This document shows, in pieces, positions 11,965 through 23,257 of a DNA stretch of 64,000 nucleotides. The position numbers and the translations under genes are program-made. How positions within the stretch are numbered: position 1 is the first letter of the stretch; the number at the start of each line of letters is the position of its first letter. Origin of the DNA: Utricularia gibba (Eukaryota > Plantae > Magnoliophyta); NCBI GenBank assembly GCA_002189035.1, contig NEEC01000024.1, forward strand, positions 372,001 through 436,000. Direction: 5' to 3'. The notes below the pieces were generated by a model that ran no database searches, was not told the DNA's origin, and worked only from the letters and a program-made list of their open reading frames with translations.

Positions 11965-12598
11965 TGTTAGGTGTCTCATAGAAATCGCATGTCTGAAAAG
12001 CAATAGAATTTAAAATTCTTTTTTGAGAAACCCAAAATGAAATCTTGGAATACGATATATGTCAGTTAAAGAGATACTGACAATATCTTTCAATGGACTC
12101 CGTTGTTCACCAACCGTCAGTAGTAGACAGCCTCTATGGATTCACACGTGAAGTACTCCGTCGATAACCTTCTCAAGGCCACAGAATGATGGTCGATCTC
12201 CTCAGATGCTAGTAGAGAAAGTCGTTCCTTGCAAATAAATCTCAAAGAGAAGGAAGATATGAAAATCTTTGCGGATCATAACTAACATGAGTGATAAATA
12301 CTTTATTGATCAATCCTATATCCAACTCTAAGTAGTCACATCCCTTCTCATTCATACTAGGCAAGCCATGGTTAGACTCGTATTAATAATAAGCGAAAAT
12401 GTGAACTTAAGATCAAGATTACTTTGTTGACCTCAAGTCTAAGTACGGTTGTCATATTCAAGATCTTGCTGCTGACACTTGGTTAGCTTCCCATAGTAGC
12501 ATCTTGAAGATGAGTCATCCAGTGAATCGATTCTTTAATCGACACCCACACAGTGGTTCTAATAATCTCATTATATCAATTGTGAGCATTGCCTAAGC
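11965..12598 (-). mobile_element. Angela-like Copia LTR, partial, internally deleted
   Basis: Starts TGTTAGGTGTCTCATAG, compared with TGTTGGGTTTCTCGTAG at 32171. Colinear with parts of 50565-51760. Confidence 0.8.
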
Positions 12599-12599
12599 A

Positions 12600-13642
12600 T
12601 GCATTTTCACTCATTACTAATGGGAGTCTAACCATGGCTTGCCTAGAATAGATAAAAAGGGAATTGACTCTTTAAGATAGGAGATAGTTGATTTATCAAT
12701 AAAGGATTTATCATTCATGTTAGATATGAGATCTTATTTCAAGTAATTGTATCAAAGCCTAACAATAAGTCCTGGACCTAGAGTAATGACACTCAAAGAG
12801 TTTAAGTAGGTCATTGAGTGTTAGTGCTTAAATGCAATTATAAGTTTGATACATCATAAAGACACCCATCCATGTTGTGGTATCGAATGAGATATTAGTA
12901 TAATGAAAGTTGTTCATTGTGTGGTGGATGGTCATATAAAGGCTCAATCAGTTCACCTAATCATTCTTATATCTTACGGATCATGATATGTTGTTAGACA
13001 TCACTTATGATCGATAATGATGGATTTAATTAATTAAGATTGAATTGATATATTCATTATTATGTCCTTGATTAAAGAAGCATATAGGGTCACACACAAT
13101 AGTGGAGTCATTCATCAATATAAAATAGATTCACACAATTACATGAGATGTAATTGGTAAAGTGGATAAATTAAATACAGAGTTATTTTGAGATTAATAT
13201 TGATTAAACTCAAAATAAAAGATCTAATATAGATAAGATTTGGAATATATATATCTCCACGACATACAATCTTTACAGAGATTTTATTAGATATGTTACC
13301 AAATATCTATATAAGATAATGAGAAAGATTTATCCGTAGGGATTTTCATATCTTCATTCTCTTTGAGATTTATTCACAAGGGGTGATTTTCTCTACTAGC
13401 ACCTGAAGAAAACGACCATCATTCTATGACCGTGAGGAGGTTATTGATGAAGTGCTTAACATATGGGTACCATAGAGGCCGTATGCTGTTGGCGAGTGGT
13501 GAATAAAGAAGTGTACTTAAAGGTATTTTCAGAATCGCTTTATCAGATATATACCATATTTCAAGATTTGCAATTTGGGTTTCTCAAAAAAATTCAAATT
13601 CCACTGCATTGAGAACATACAATGTCTATGGGAAACCTTACG
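12600..13642 (+). mobile_element. Angela-like Copia LTR, 3' two-thirds, inverted relative to 11965-12598
   Basis: Colinear with 37870-37960 and 55555-56415. Ends GGGAAACCTTACG, compared with GAGAAACCCAACA. Confidence 0.8.
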
Positions 13643-13975
13643 ATTCTCGTGCCTCCTTGTCAATCAAAGTGTAAAGAAGAGTAGACTATTTCTTGCTTCT
13701 ATAATCAGTTTTTCGGAAGGAATCTGTAAAAGTCAATTCAAGGATAAACAAAAAGTAAAAATGAAATATCTTTTCCAGGAATTGCTTCCCTTAGACAAGG
13801 TCCATTACTTACGTTATATCATTTATTCTTGTATTTCCAAAACCCCTTTTAAAATCCCGTGACAATTTTTAAAAGTTTAGTTCAAAATGCTTTTCGTAAA
13901 ACTCAGCTCTCTGAGATTAATACTCATACTACGCTTATTTTTGTTCCATGTTTTTCTAAATTAAAATTTGTATTT
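13643..13975 (+). mobile_element. Athila-type LTR subfamily 1, 3' part
   Basis: Similar to 42550-42880 (CGTGCCTCCTTGTCAATC...). Confidence 0.7.
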
Positions 13976-13999
13976 TTATTGAGAAGACAATACGTAACA

Positions 14000-15170
14000 A
14001 CCTTGTTGAAGTTGCATAATAAAATTAGCAAACTCCAGCCCGTCATCGCTCAAGTTCAGGCAACCTTAGAAAAGATGGAGAATTAGATAGGAGAGGATGA
14101 TATGAATATAAATTTTTTGGATTTTCAAGGAAAATTTGCACAAGAAGCTCTTGCACTTGCGCAAGGAAACAACTTGGGAATTTAGGGCAACATTTTGCAA
14201 AACCAAAATCCAAACCAATAGAAACCCTAGCGTCCATTTTTGCGGGATATGCTTATTCAATTCGTGGAAAAAAAAGAAGAAATCAATAACGAAATGATGG
14301 AGTAACTCGGTATAAAAACACGCATCTTGGATAGTCGGCTGAATAATGTTGCTCAAACTCACCATGCTTCGAAACTACCAAGTCAACCCGAGAAAAATCC
14401 CACTAAATGCAAAGGCGTAGCAACAAGACGTAAGTAGCTCTTGCACAAGTAGATGAGTTGCTAGATGTTCTGGTGTATGTATCTCCTCTTTCTTATAACC
14501 TTCTAACCCCTTATCCATAGAGACAGATCAAATCATTAGTGGATCAACAATATTCCAAATTTCTGGAAATAATAAAAACACTTCATTTCAACATCCCATT
14601 CACTAATGTGATGTTGCAAATGCCACTTATGAGAAATTCCTTAAGCATATTCCAGCCAATCACAGGAAAATTGAAAATGATGATGTTATTGAGCTATCTA
14701 AGCAATGTAGTACAGTTTTGATGCATGGATTGATCCAAAACCATGCTCATCTTGGAATTTTTTTTCAGTCCCTTCTATCATTGGAAAAAGCAATTTTGAG
14801 AAGTGCTTATATGATCTTGTTTCAAGTACCAACTTGATGTCTTATTCTTTATTCAAAGTATTGAATCTTGAAGAGCTTAGAGCCACGAAAATTCAGCTGG
14901 TATTTGCTGAAAAATGCATGAAGAATCCTAAAGTAGTGGTAGAAAACTGAAGTAGTGTTAGAAAACATATTGGTAAAAATTAGAAAATATTTTGTAACTT
15001 ATGATTTTTTTGTTTTAGATACGGTGTTTGATGTGGAGGTGCCAGAGCATTCATGGCAACCATAGGAGCTTTGATTGATGTAAGAGCAAGCAAATTAACA
15101 CTCAAATTAGGAGATTTGACTGCAACGAGCTTGCGCAAGGAGAAGCAGAAGATGCTGTTACATAGGAGCA
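14000..15170 (+). mobile_element. Athila-type gag C-terminus and aspartic protease remnant
   Basis: LHFNIPFTNVMLQMP, a degenerate protease motif (KCLYDLVSSTNLMSYSLF), and GRPFMATIGALIDV-like sequence near 15045-15085. Confidence 0.7.
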
Positions 15171-15429
15171 TGTGCAAACAATTTTTCTGAAGAAATCACC
15201 AAATTGGTCCTCAATATTTGGTAATAGATTTTATTTAGTCCTTTTTTTAATATGGAGCCAATTGAATCCATTTTCTACTATCCTTGCATTACTTCATTAC
15301 TCTCTGATGCAAATCTGTGAACTTTAACATATTGATCTACCCCACTCTAACAAACTTGACTTAGGAAACGATATTTGTTCTATGGTTTCTAATATAGTTT
15401 TAACTACCTCCAAATTGATGAAGCATAGG

Positions 15430-16755
15430 TCATGTGTGTCATTTCTACAATAAATTTTAATATTTTTAAAACTCGAAAAACACAAAAGCGTAGTACAGGT
15501 GTCGAACATAGGGAGTTGCTTTTCAGTGAAAGGTGATGTTGCACCGAATACAACTATCACAATTTGTAGACGGTTTTGTAGAGTAAAAGTGCGAAAAACA
15601 TAAATAATGAAGCTTGAGTAAGGGGGTAAGTGGGTTGTAAACAAACAACAAAAATAAACATAAGCGATGAACCTTAAATAAAGTGAATGTTCCTGTTTTT
15701 GGAATCCTACCCAGCTACGTTCGTCGCAACTCGAGTACTTGGTTATAGGAGTAAGGAATCGCATACCCTCCCTTACACTCTCTTGCAAGAAGGCACGGGA
15801 ATAGCGCGATGTTGCTCTTGGACGAACGTAAAGATAAAAGGTCCTGCCAATGTACCCTCATGGCAGAATTGCGTGCATGTGCCCGAATGTTGTCAATGAC
15901 CCAATGAGTCCAGATATAATGTCACTATTTGTCCATTGATCCTAAGGTACGACCACAGACAAAACGCTGTCTTCCTCCTACTAAAAGGGTATGAGTTGGT
16001 GCTCTCCACCTTGCTCCTCTTCAAAACTTGTAGGTAGTAATCAGCTAAACATGAATCTTGAATAAGGAGACTGCTACAAAAAGACTATAACATAGTCGCA
16101 TGAAAGCATCCGAAACCCGTTCAGATTCAAAAAAGAGATGAACATAAGCTAATGAAACATAAATCTAGGTGTATCCCAACCCAAAAACGAAAGTTTCTAG
16201 TCGTGAACGGCCACACAAACTAAAGAAAACGAAAGCAGATTCAAGAGAGAAGGTAGAGGAAAATCCTCTAGAGAGAGAAACAAGTCTAAACTAAACTTGA
16301 AAACTCTCTGCTCTCGTAAGAACATAACTAAACTTCAATGAGAGTCTGAGTTTTCGTGTCCCCTTGGTTCTGCTGTGAATTGGAGTGACTTGCACAAAAC
16401 TTCTACTCTGACACTGGTATGCTAATGATTTCGCATGTCAGGGACTCCTATATTCCGCACGTCAAGGCTCATGATTAGGCATCTACAGTCTTCTGGAAAT
16501 CAAGGAGACGTCAGTTTGGGAATATGCATTTTGTCGCCATCCACCGCCTTCCTTCTCTCACTTCCTACCACGTGTGCATCTCTAGAAAAATTTAAATAAA
16601 ATTAGCAAAAATATTAGGTGAAATACAAGAATTAGGATAATTACCCTAAACTAGATAAAAACCTAAATCTCATATTATAGACTCCTATTTAGACAACTTT
16701 AAGCACATCCAGACATAAAAACAACTTAAAAGAAAGTGAGAAAATGACACTTAAC
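15430..16755 (-). mobile_element. Athila-type solo LTR, subfamily 2, about 1.33 kb
   Basis: On the - strand it runs TGTTAAGTGTC...GACACACATGA (CA changed to GA). Flanks ATAGG and GTAGT are a possible decayed TSD. Confidence 0.85.
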
Positions 16756-17084
16756 AGTAGTAAAAAAAAAATAGCAAATGCTGAGCAATTGATCTCCATG
16801 CAGTGCAGGGTTCAGATCAAAGACAACAACAAATGATCACCTATGTTGCTACAGGAGCTGTCCGTCGCCTTTGCTGGTCTCTATCAGTGCAATCGCAAAA
16901 GGGGTGAAAACCCTGAAACATAATGTAAATGCTTTTCGCTGCACAAATGTATCAAATTATACTTTTACCCTTTCATTTAACAGAGGTAGACATCACTTAA
17001 CATCAAAGGATGTCTATGAAGTCACATTCACTTAATAAGGATTAAATTGATACCACTTCAAAAACGAGGACAAAATCGTTTTGA

Positions 17085-17357
17085 CATAGGAAGCACAAAA
17101 GACCAAATCGATTCCATGGCCTTATAAGAGATGATGAACCATAGAAACAACAAATCTTATATAATATTTTCAACTCTTTAATAATATTTTTGAATTAATT
17201 CTACATTGATGGAGTGAGAACATAGGAAGCACTAGAGACCAAATCGATTCCATGGGCTCATAAGAGATGATGAACCATAGAAACAAGAAATCTTATATAA
17301 TATTTTTCAACCCTTTAATAATATTTTGAAATTAATTCTACATTGATGGAGTGAGAA
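17085..17357. repeat. Tandem duplication, 2 x about 136 bp
   Basis: CATAGGAAGCAC...GGAGTGAGAA starts at both 17085 and 17221, with few substitutions between the copies. Confidence 0.95.
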
Positions 17358-17359
17358 AT

Positions 17360-18544
17360 CGATAGATGCCACATGGAAAAAATCATAAGAAGGCTACATA
17401 AATCGGTCAAAGGATTGGATATCAAATCGGTTCTCACTAGACGAGATCGGTATGGGAGCATGAAACAAATTCTGACAACCTATAATAGACGTGTAGGCTA
17501 GTAGGGATCGGAATAGGATAGTGACAACTATTTCAACAGAGATTGAAAAGTAACTAATTTATAACAACCCTAGAGTAGGCGATAGTTACATGTCAACAAG
17601 ACCACAAGTGTGGCCGACATAACTGCCGAGTGCAAACATTAACTAACATTCTTAGAAACTAGTTGGCCAAGCATCTCCTATAAATAGGAGAATGTTTGGA
17701 GATAAATCCTTTTAAAATACCTCCTCCTCATTTTAGTGAAATCCATTTCTCTAATGAGTTCCCCCAGTTTCGTGATTTTTCATCTCAACGGTTTTGATGG
17801 AGCATAAAATTGGCAAGTGCCATGTGGAGGCGAAAAGAGAAGATATTGATAAATCAACGAACTGGGAGGATAACGTAATCGGTTCTTCTTGGATGAAATC
17901 AGCTAGGAAAAGGTCTAAGATGTGTTCTTACAGTCTATCGTAGACCCACAGACTAATAAGTGTAAGAATTGGACTATAGTAACTATTTTGACAATCTGAA
18001 AAGTAGCCAAAGTGTAGGTGTGTTAGGGCAGTCGGTGGTTACCTGTTAGTAGGACCATATGTATGGTTACCAAGCGTAGAAAGTAGTTGACACCTGCAAA
18101 ATTCGGTCCGATCGGCCCCTTCTATAAATATGAGGAAGTTTGAGGAAACAAGGGGTTGAACTCTATACATTTGATTTATACCTTTTTCTCCTCTTACATC
18201 AGTGAAATCTACTTTTTTTATGAACTCTGACAATTTCATAGTTTTTTTGTCTCAGTGATTTCCATGTAAAAAACTCTTGTCTCTCCTTTTTCATATTTCG
18301 CATAAATCGGTCAGCTCACAACCAACGTAGACCGTTATCATATCTGCATTCACAACTCGAAATCGTTTCCCTTCATAGTGCTGATTTCTAACCACAATAG
18401 GTTTGCACATAAAAGTCTGCAACCCTTCTTTATTGCATTACACACTATTACTAATCGGATTCCAACATCATTAAATCGAACACCCGTTATCGATCTAACA
18501 CTCAAAAATCAAACTTCTACATTGATTTGATTTTCACCTACAAC
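17360..18544 (+). mobile_element. Two consecutive Tat/Retand-type LTR-like units
   Basis: Each unit has a CTATAAATA box (near 17680 and 18125). The first unit resembles 39580-39830. The second ends ...CACCTACAACA at 18544. Confidence 0.45.
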
Positions 18545-19542
18545 ATACATTTTAAAAAATAATAAAATAATTTCAAATCAACTTGCTATTCTAATATTTT
18601 AATACATGTTTGATACATCAAACCTATAATATTTTTGTGATACATGCAATATAAGATATAATTAAATTTATAATTATGATTATAATTAACAAAATCTCTT
18701 GGATGCAATGTGGAGTTTACTCTACAAGGGCCTTGTTTGAGTTTTCCAAATTCCTGAAACTCAGCTATTGCTCACGCTGCCCGAAACCCTTTTCTAAACG
18801 ATCCCTCGTCTACATGGACGCGCTTCATGGAACTGGGGACACCCAGGTGAAGGCACTTCTCGATTCTGTTTTCTCGCATGGGGCATTTTTCTCTGGTACT
18901 GATACGCTTCTTTTTATTTGGCAAGAGTTGTGAATTTGGAGGGGAAGCTCTTCGGTTTTGTGCAAAATCCTTCATTTTGCCCTAATATGATGCCGCCTAT
19001 GCTTAAATGTGTTTGTCTTGATTTTCTGCTTCTACTAAGTCGTTGTTGTACCTCATCCCGTGTTGTTATCGGGTCTGCTTGTCGGGTCAGAACGCAAGGA
19101 TGGACTGGTTTTTGTATGACCTGCAGGATATGCGTATCTGCTTGAGTACATTTTCATTTACTTTACGAGTTCCTAATCTATTGGAATAGACTTTGCTTTA
19201 CTAATACTGATGCATAAAAATTTTAAGTGCCCCTCTTACTAAATTAATTTGAGGCTCTTGGAAAACATTCGGCCGAGGGTGTCCTTATGTTTTGTTTTGG
19301 GTCTAAGGCGCTTGTATCCTTTGATCTCGAAGTAGAAGCAAAGTATATCAAGCCGTTTTCCAGAAGGGTGTGGGATACCTGTCTATCTGTTTGAGTAATG
19401 CTTTTCTCGTTTTGTTTAAGAAAATTGATCGCTTCAAATTCTGTTCTTATCTTCATTTAGGAATGTAACCTGCCAATGCTGGGTAGCGAGGACACTTTGT
19501 AGCTCAAAAAGGGAAATCTTTCTCGTTCGTATCAATGCTACC

Positions 19543-22137
19543 ATGAATAGTCCACGAAGTGATACCGCATGCAATTTTGAAGCATATGCAAGACCAGTTG
19601 TTGCTGCAGCTTGGAGGTAGCACTGAGTCTCCTTGCATATCCTTTTTCACTTTGAACTTTCTCTGTTCTGTATAATGAAAAATGGAGATTTATAACAAGT
19701 GATGCTTGTTCGTAAGGAATATTCCTAACAACTTCTGGTTATCATGAGTAGGGCCAGGTTCAAGATTCCCAGTCAGAACCTAAATGAAGTAAGGGTGACT
19801 GCTCATGTCTTTGACACAGCATCCTTGAAAGTCTTGGATGTAGCAAACATGCAATCTGAGTCACTATACCTTGAAATTTTTCCACGCAGTAATGTGTGGC
19901 CTACTTCTTTTAAGAGTTCTCCACCATCTGATCATGATATTGCCCTAATTTTCTTTTCAAGCGGAAGGTACCCTGCTGACTGTTGTGCTTCCGTTCTTCC
20001 TTCCATTAGCAGTCATACTGTGTTCGCTTTCAGGGATGAAGAAATTCTTGACAGCCTGCTGAAGCATGCTATCAGTGCTGACCTTGCTCTTAAGGGAGAG
20101 GTTGCTGAATCTGAGCTCTTGATATTTACTTCAGTTCATTTGCCTGATAAGGCTCGCCGTAAGTCTGGGTTCTGATGACATGGAGTTATCTGCTTCTTCT
20201 CTATCATTTAGTCGTTTTTTGTTATTTTTTAATCACCAGGATTTCAGGGAAAACTGTATTTCTGGGGTTTTTTCATGGGGCATGGATGCACCTCCAGTCA
20301 TGATACGGATAACCATGTCCAACTCCTGTCTTCCAGAACTAGGCAGATTTTATCTCCAGATCCCGGGAGACTTAGCTTTGTGACAGTGGGAAGTTCATTT
20401 ATTTCCTCCAGAGAACATAATCAGTGTATGCCCTTCAAAAATAGTGCTCGTTATTATACCTCATGCCTTTTTTCTTTAGTCACTTTTCTACGTGTATCGT
20501 AAATTGGACATCCATATACGGGCTGTTACATCAGACTTCCAATGTTATGATACTTCTGTTGTCCATCTATCACTTGTCTAAAATCTAGCATTCAATAGGT
20601 TTACTTTCTTCGCTGGTTTTCTACAGACCATCACTTGGCTTATCCTTTTGATGTTCTTTCCTTTCCCTCTGGGTAACGGATTTCAGTAGCAGATCCTGAA
20701 AAATCTGAAAGAAGAGGGAGACGCCTAGATGCTGCATGGGAACATGCCAGACCGTTAGACGCTCTAAGGCAGAAATCAGAGTGCAAGTATTGTGGTTTCT
20801 TCTCATCTCATGGTGGTATTTCACGACTCAAGGCACATTTGGGGGGAGGAGACCCGAGAATTCACTTACCTGGATGCACCAATGTGCCTCCACAAATTAA
20901 GAAAGTCATGGCTGAGTGGTTCATCAATTGGGTGAGGGCAACAAAGGCAGTATGGACTAAGGAAATCAGAGGTACACCTCGTCTGTAATATTTGAATTGC
21001 AACGTCCTATATGACCCATTCTAATTTCACCTTTATATTGCTTGTACATGCATGCTGTTTCATCCTTTCAACTTTTCTTTTTTCTCTTTGTTCTTCAAAA
21101 TGGAACAGAAACACTTTCTTATGGAGGAGGAATTCAGCATGATGCTCCATGGGGACCCTCCAAGCCTTTCGGTGATGCAGGAGTGAAGAGAGATGATGAG
21201 CATCTCGACTTTGGTTTCTTACAAAGCCATGCTTCAAACCATCATGCAAATACAGTTTGTGACTCAAAGGTGGCAGTAAAATCTTGGCCTAAGTCATCTC
21301 CTGAGACTAGTTCCATATCCACGAAAGCAAGAAAGACGAGGACTTGTGCTTCTGATCACCAAAAAGGAGTTGTAGCTGCTGTGAAAATTTCACGGGGTAT
21401 ATATATATATATTGAGTGATCTATCGATTGTAGTTGCAACTTTCCTGATATTCAGTTTGGGATTGCATGCGATGGCAGATGGTTCACAAGAAGAGAGAAG
21501 AGGAAGGCCGCTTGATGATGCTTGGAACCATGCGAAGCCGTTGGATGAGGCTAGGCAAAAGACACAATGCAGGTACTGCGGCTTTATTTCTTCATATGGA
21601 GGAATATCCCGGTTGAAGGCGCATCTTGGTGGAGGGTCTCCTCATATACAGCTTCTAGGTTGCCCCGGGCCCCCGTCGAAGTCAAAAGTGCCATGGGGCA
21701 TTGGTTCAATGACTGGTCAAAACATTCAAATGCATGTTGGGCTAGGAAGCATCCAGGTGCGTGTGTTCCTCCATCAAGTGTATGTTTTCTTCATACCAAG
21801 TAACAGTGCCTCGATTAAGCTGCCACCAGGTGGTTATACTGGTTCTGCACCTTTTGATAAAAGAGCAAGCACAGTGGAGGATGAAGCATGGGAACACGGG
21901 ATTCCTGTGGATGAAACCGGGCAAGCAATCAAATGCAGGCACTGTGGTTTTGTTTCTAAGCGTGGAGGAATTGCAAGACTGCGAGTCCACTTGAGTGGAG
22001 GTGATCGCACGATGCAGTTGGAAGGTTGCCCCGATGTGCCGCCGGAAGTGAGGTTATCCATGGGTGAGCAAGAACCGAAAAAACGGAAGAAGAAATCAAC
22101 ATCTGTTGAGTGCAGTGATGTGCATTTTACGGGGTGA
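19543..22137 (+). CDS. AIPP2-like SPOC domain plus three BED zinc fingers and a C-terminal NLS, about 586 aa predicted, with a 1-bp frameshift in exon 7
   Basis: Predicted exons: 19543-19616, 19752-19967, 20034-20158, 20240-20425, 20687-20971, 21109-21396, 21479-21756, 21830-22137. All introns are GT-AG and phase-compatible. SPOC motifs: ARPVVAAAWR, LEIFPRSNVWP, PSDHDIALIFF, DLALKGEVAESELLIFTSVHLP, RFQGKLYFWGFF. Three C-x2-C-x14-H-x12-C fingers. PKKRKKK near the C-terminus. The start codon and upstream exons are uncertain. Confidence 0.75.
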
Positions 22138-22521
22138 GATCGAAGCACCCGCCCCGACAGACTGACCTTGTATTCTGAGTGAATTGCCGCCTGGGTGTTT
22201 CGTTGACCCGTAAATTGTAAAAATAGTAACATTATTTGGCGAACCCTAAATAAGCAGAAGGCTTCAGGGCACCCATTCTATTAGTTCAAGAATCATCTTT
22301 ATCTACCACGCAACTCCACTCCACTCCACGGATTGATTATAAGTGCCCTAGAAATGAAGGACGCCAAGTCAAGTGCTGGTGGCTCCCCTCTCCCGTCCCC
22401 TCAACAACTGGGCCCCAGTAACATTAATGTGCCAGCCGCTCAACCGTACAGACAAGGAAAATATATATGCATATCGTATACACAAGATAAGAAGCTCCCG
22501 GTCCCCATCCCACTCCCAAGA

Positions 22522-22545
22522 GAAGAAGAAGAAGAAGAAGAAGAA
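22522..22545. repeat. (GAA)8 microsatellite in the VQ gene 3' region
   Basis: Eight perfect GAA units, counted directly. Confidence 0.95.
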
Positions 22546-22562
22546 ACAACTAAGTAGTCGGC

Positions 22563-23257
22563 TTACAATTCAAAGAGGCTGCGTATGAGATTGAGAGTGG
22601 ATGGAGAGTAGATGCTGAGTTGGGGTGAGAGGAGGAAAGAAGAAGCGCTGGGGCTTTGGAAGGCGTTGACGTTGTAGTTGTTCACATCTTCAGACTGATT
22701 CTGATTCCTTGCGCTTTGCAATAATGGACTAAAGTCGAAGAAGCTTGAGTCTGTTGCAGGTGAGAAAATGCTTCTTGGTATTGGTGGAAGTGAATGGGGA
22801 TTCGGAGAAAGAATTCCTGGGAACTGGCTGCTCCCTATCTGAACATCGGAACCAATCTCTATCCCTTCCAGTTGGAAAACACACTCTGAATCATGATCCA
22901 AAACTTGTTCAGAGGTCCTTGTTTTCTCGATCGATGCATAACGCGTTGCCGGAGAAACACCGCCACCGTCGATCTGGAAATCGAATGAGGAAGACCGACA
23001 CGCCTGCTGGGTGGATTGAGGAATGGCGGTAGAGGAGGAGCCCTGCCCCGTCAAGCGCTGAACTAGAGACATGAACTCATCGGGTTGCGCGTGAATGATT
23101 TTTGGAGAGACTGTGTATATGATGACGGGGGGCGGGGCTGCGCCAACGGAGGCTTTTTGATCTTGTGGGAATCCTTGCTCACTTTCAAGGGAGTCGGGCG
23201 TGGCCCGAGAAGCTCACGTTTTGGCGACCGGGCTGATGGATTTTCCGGGAAGTTCAT
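22563..23257 (-). CDS. VQ motif-containing protein, MKS1/VQ21-like clade, about 231 aa, with a 1-bp frameshift
   Basis: MNFPENPSARSPKRELLGPRPTPLKVSKDSHKIKKPPLAQPRP / VIIYTVSPKIIHAQPDEFMSLVQRLTG... contains the FxxxVQxLTG motif. The frame switches in the G-run at 23127-23137. The span is 695 nt, one short of 696. Confidence 0.9.

Noticed and set aside
18814-18846. Possible first coding exon MDALHGTGDTQ
   Set aside because: I could not link it in phase through 19127-19145 to the 19461 exon. It may be 5' UTR.
19744-20175. 143-aa ORF as a standalone gene
   Set aside because: It reads through a 66-nt GT-AG intron (19968-20033) and is part of the SPOC-BED gene.
22563-23072. 169-aa ORF starting MSLVQRLTG as the complete VQ protein
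   Set aside because: It starts inside the VQ motif. The true N-terminus lies upstream in another frame, from ATG 23257.
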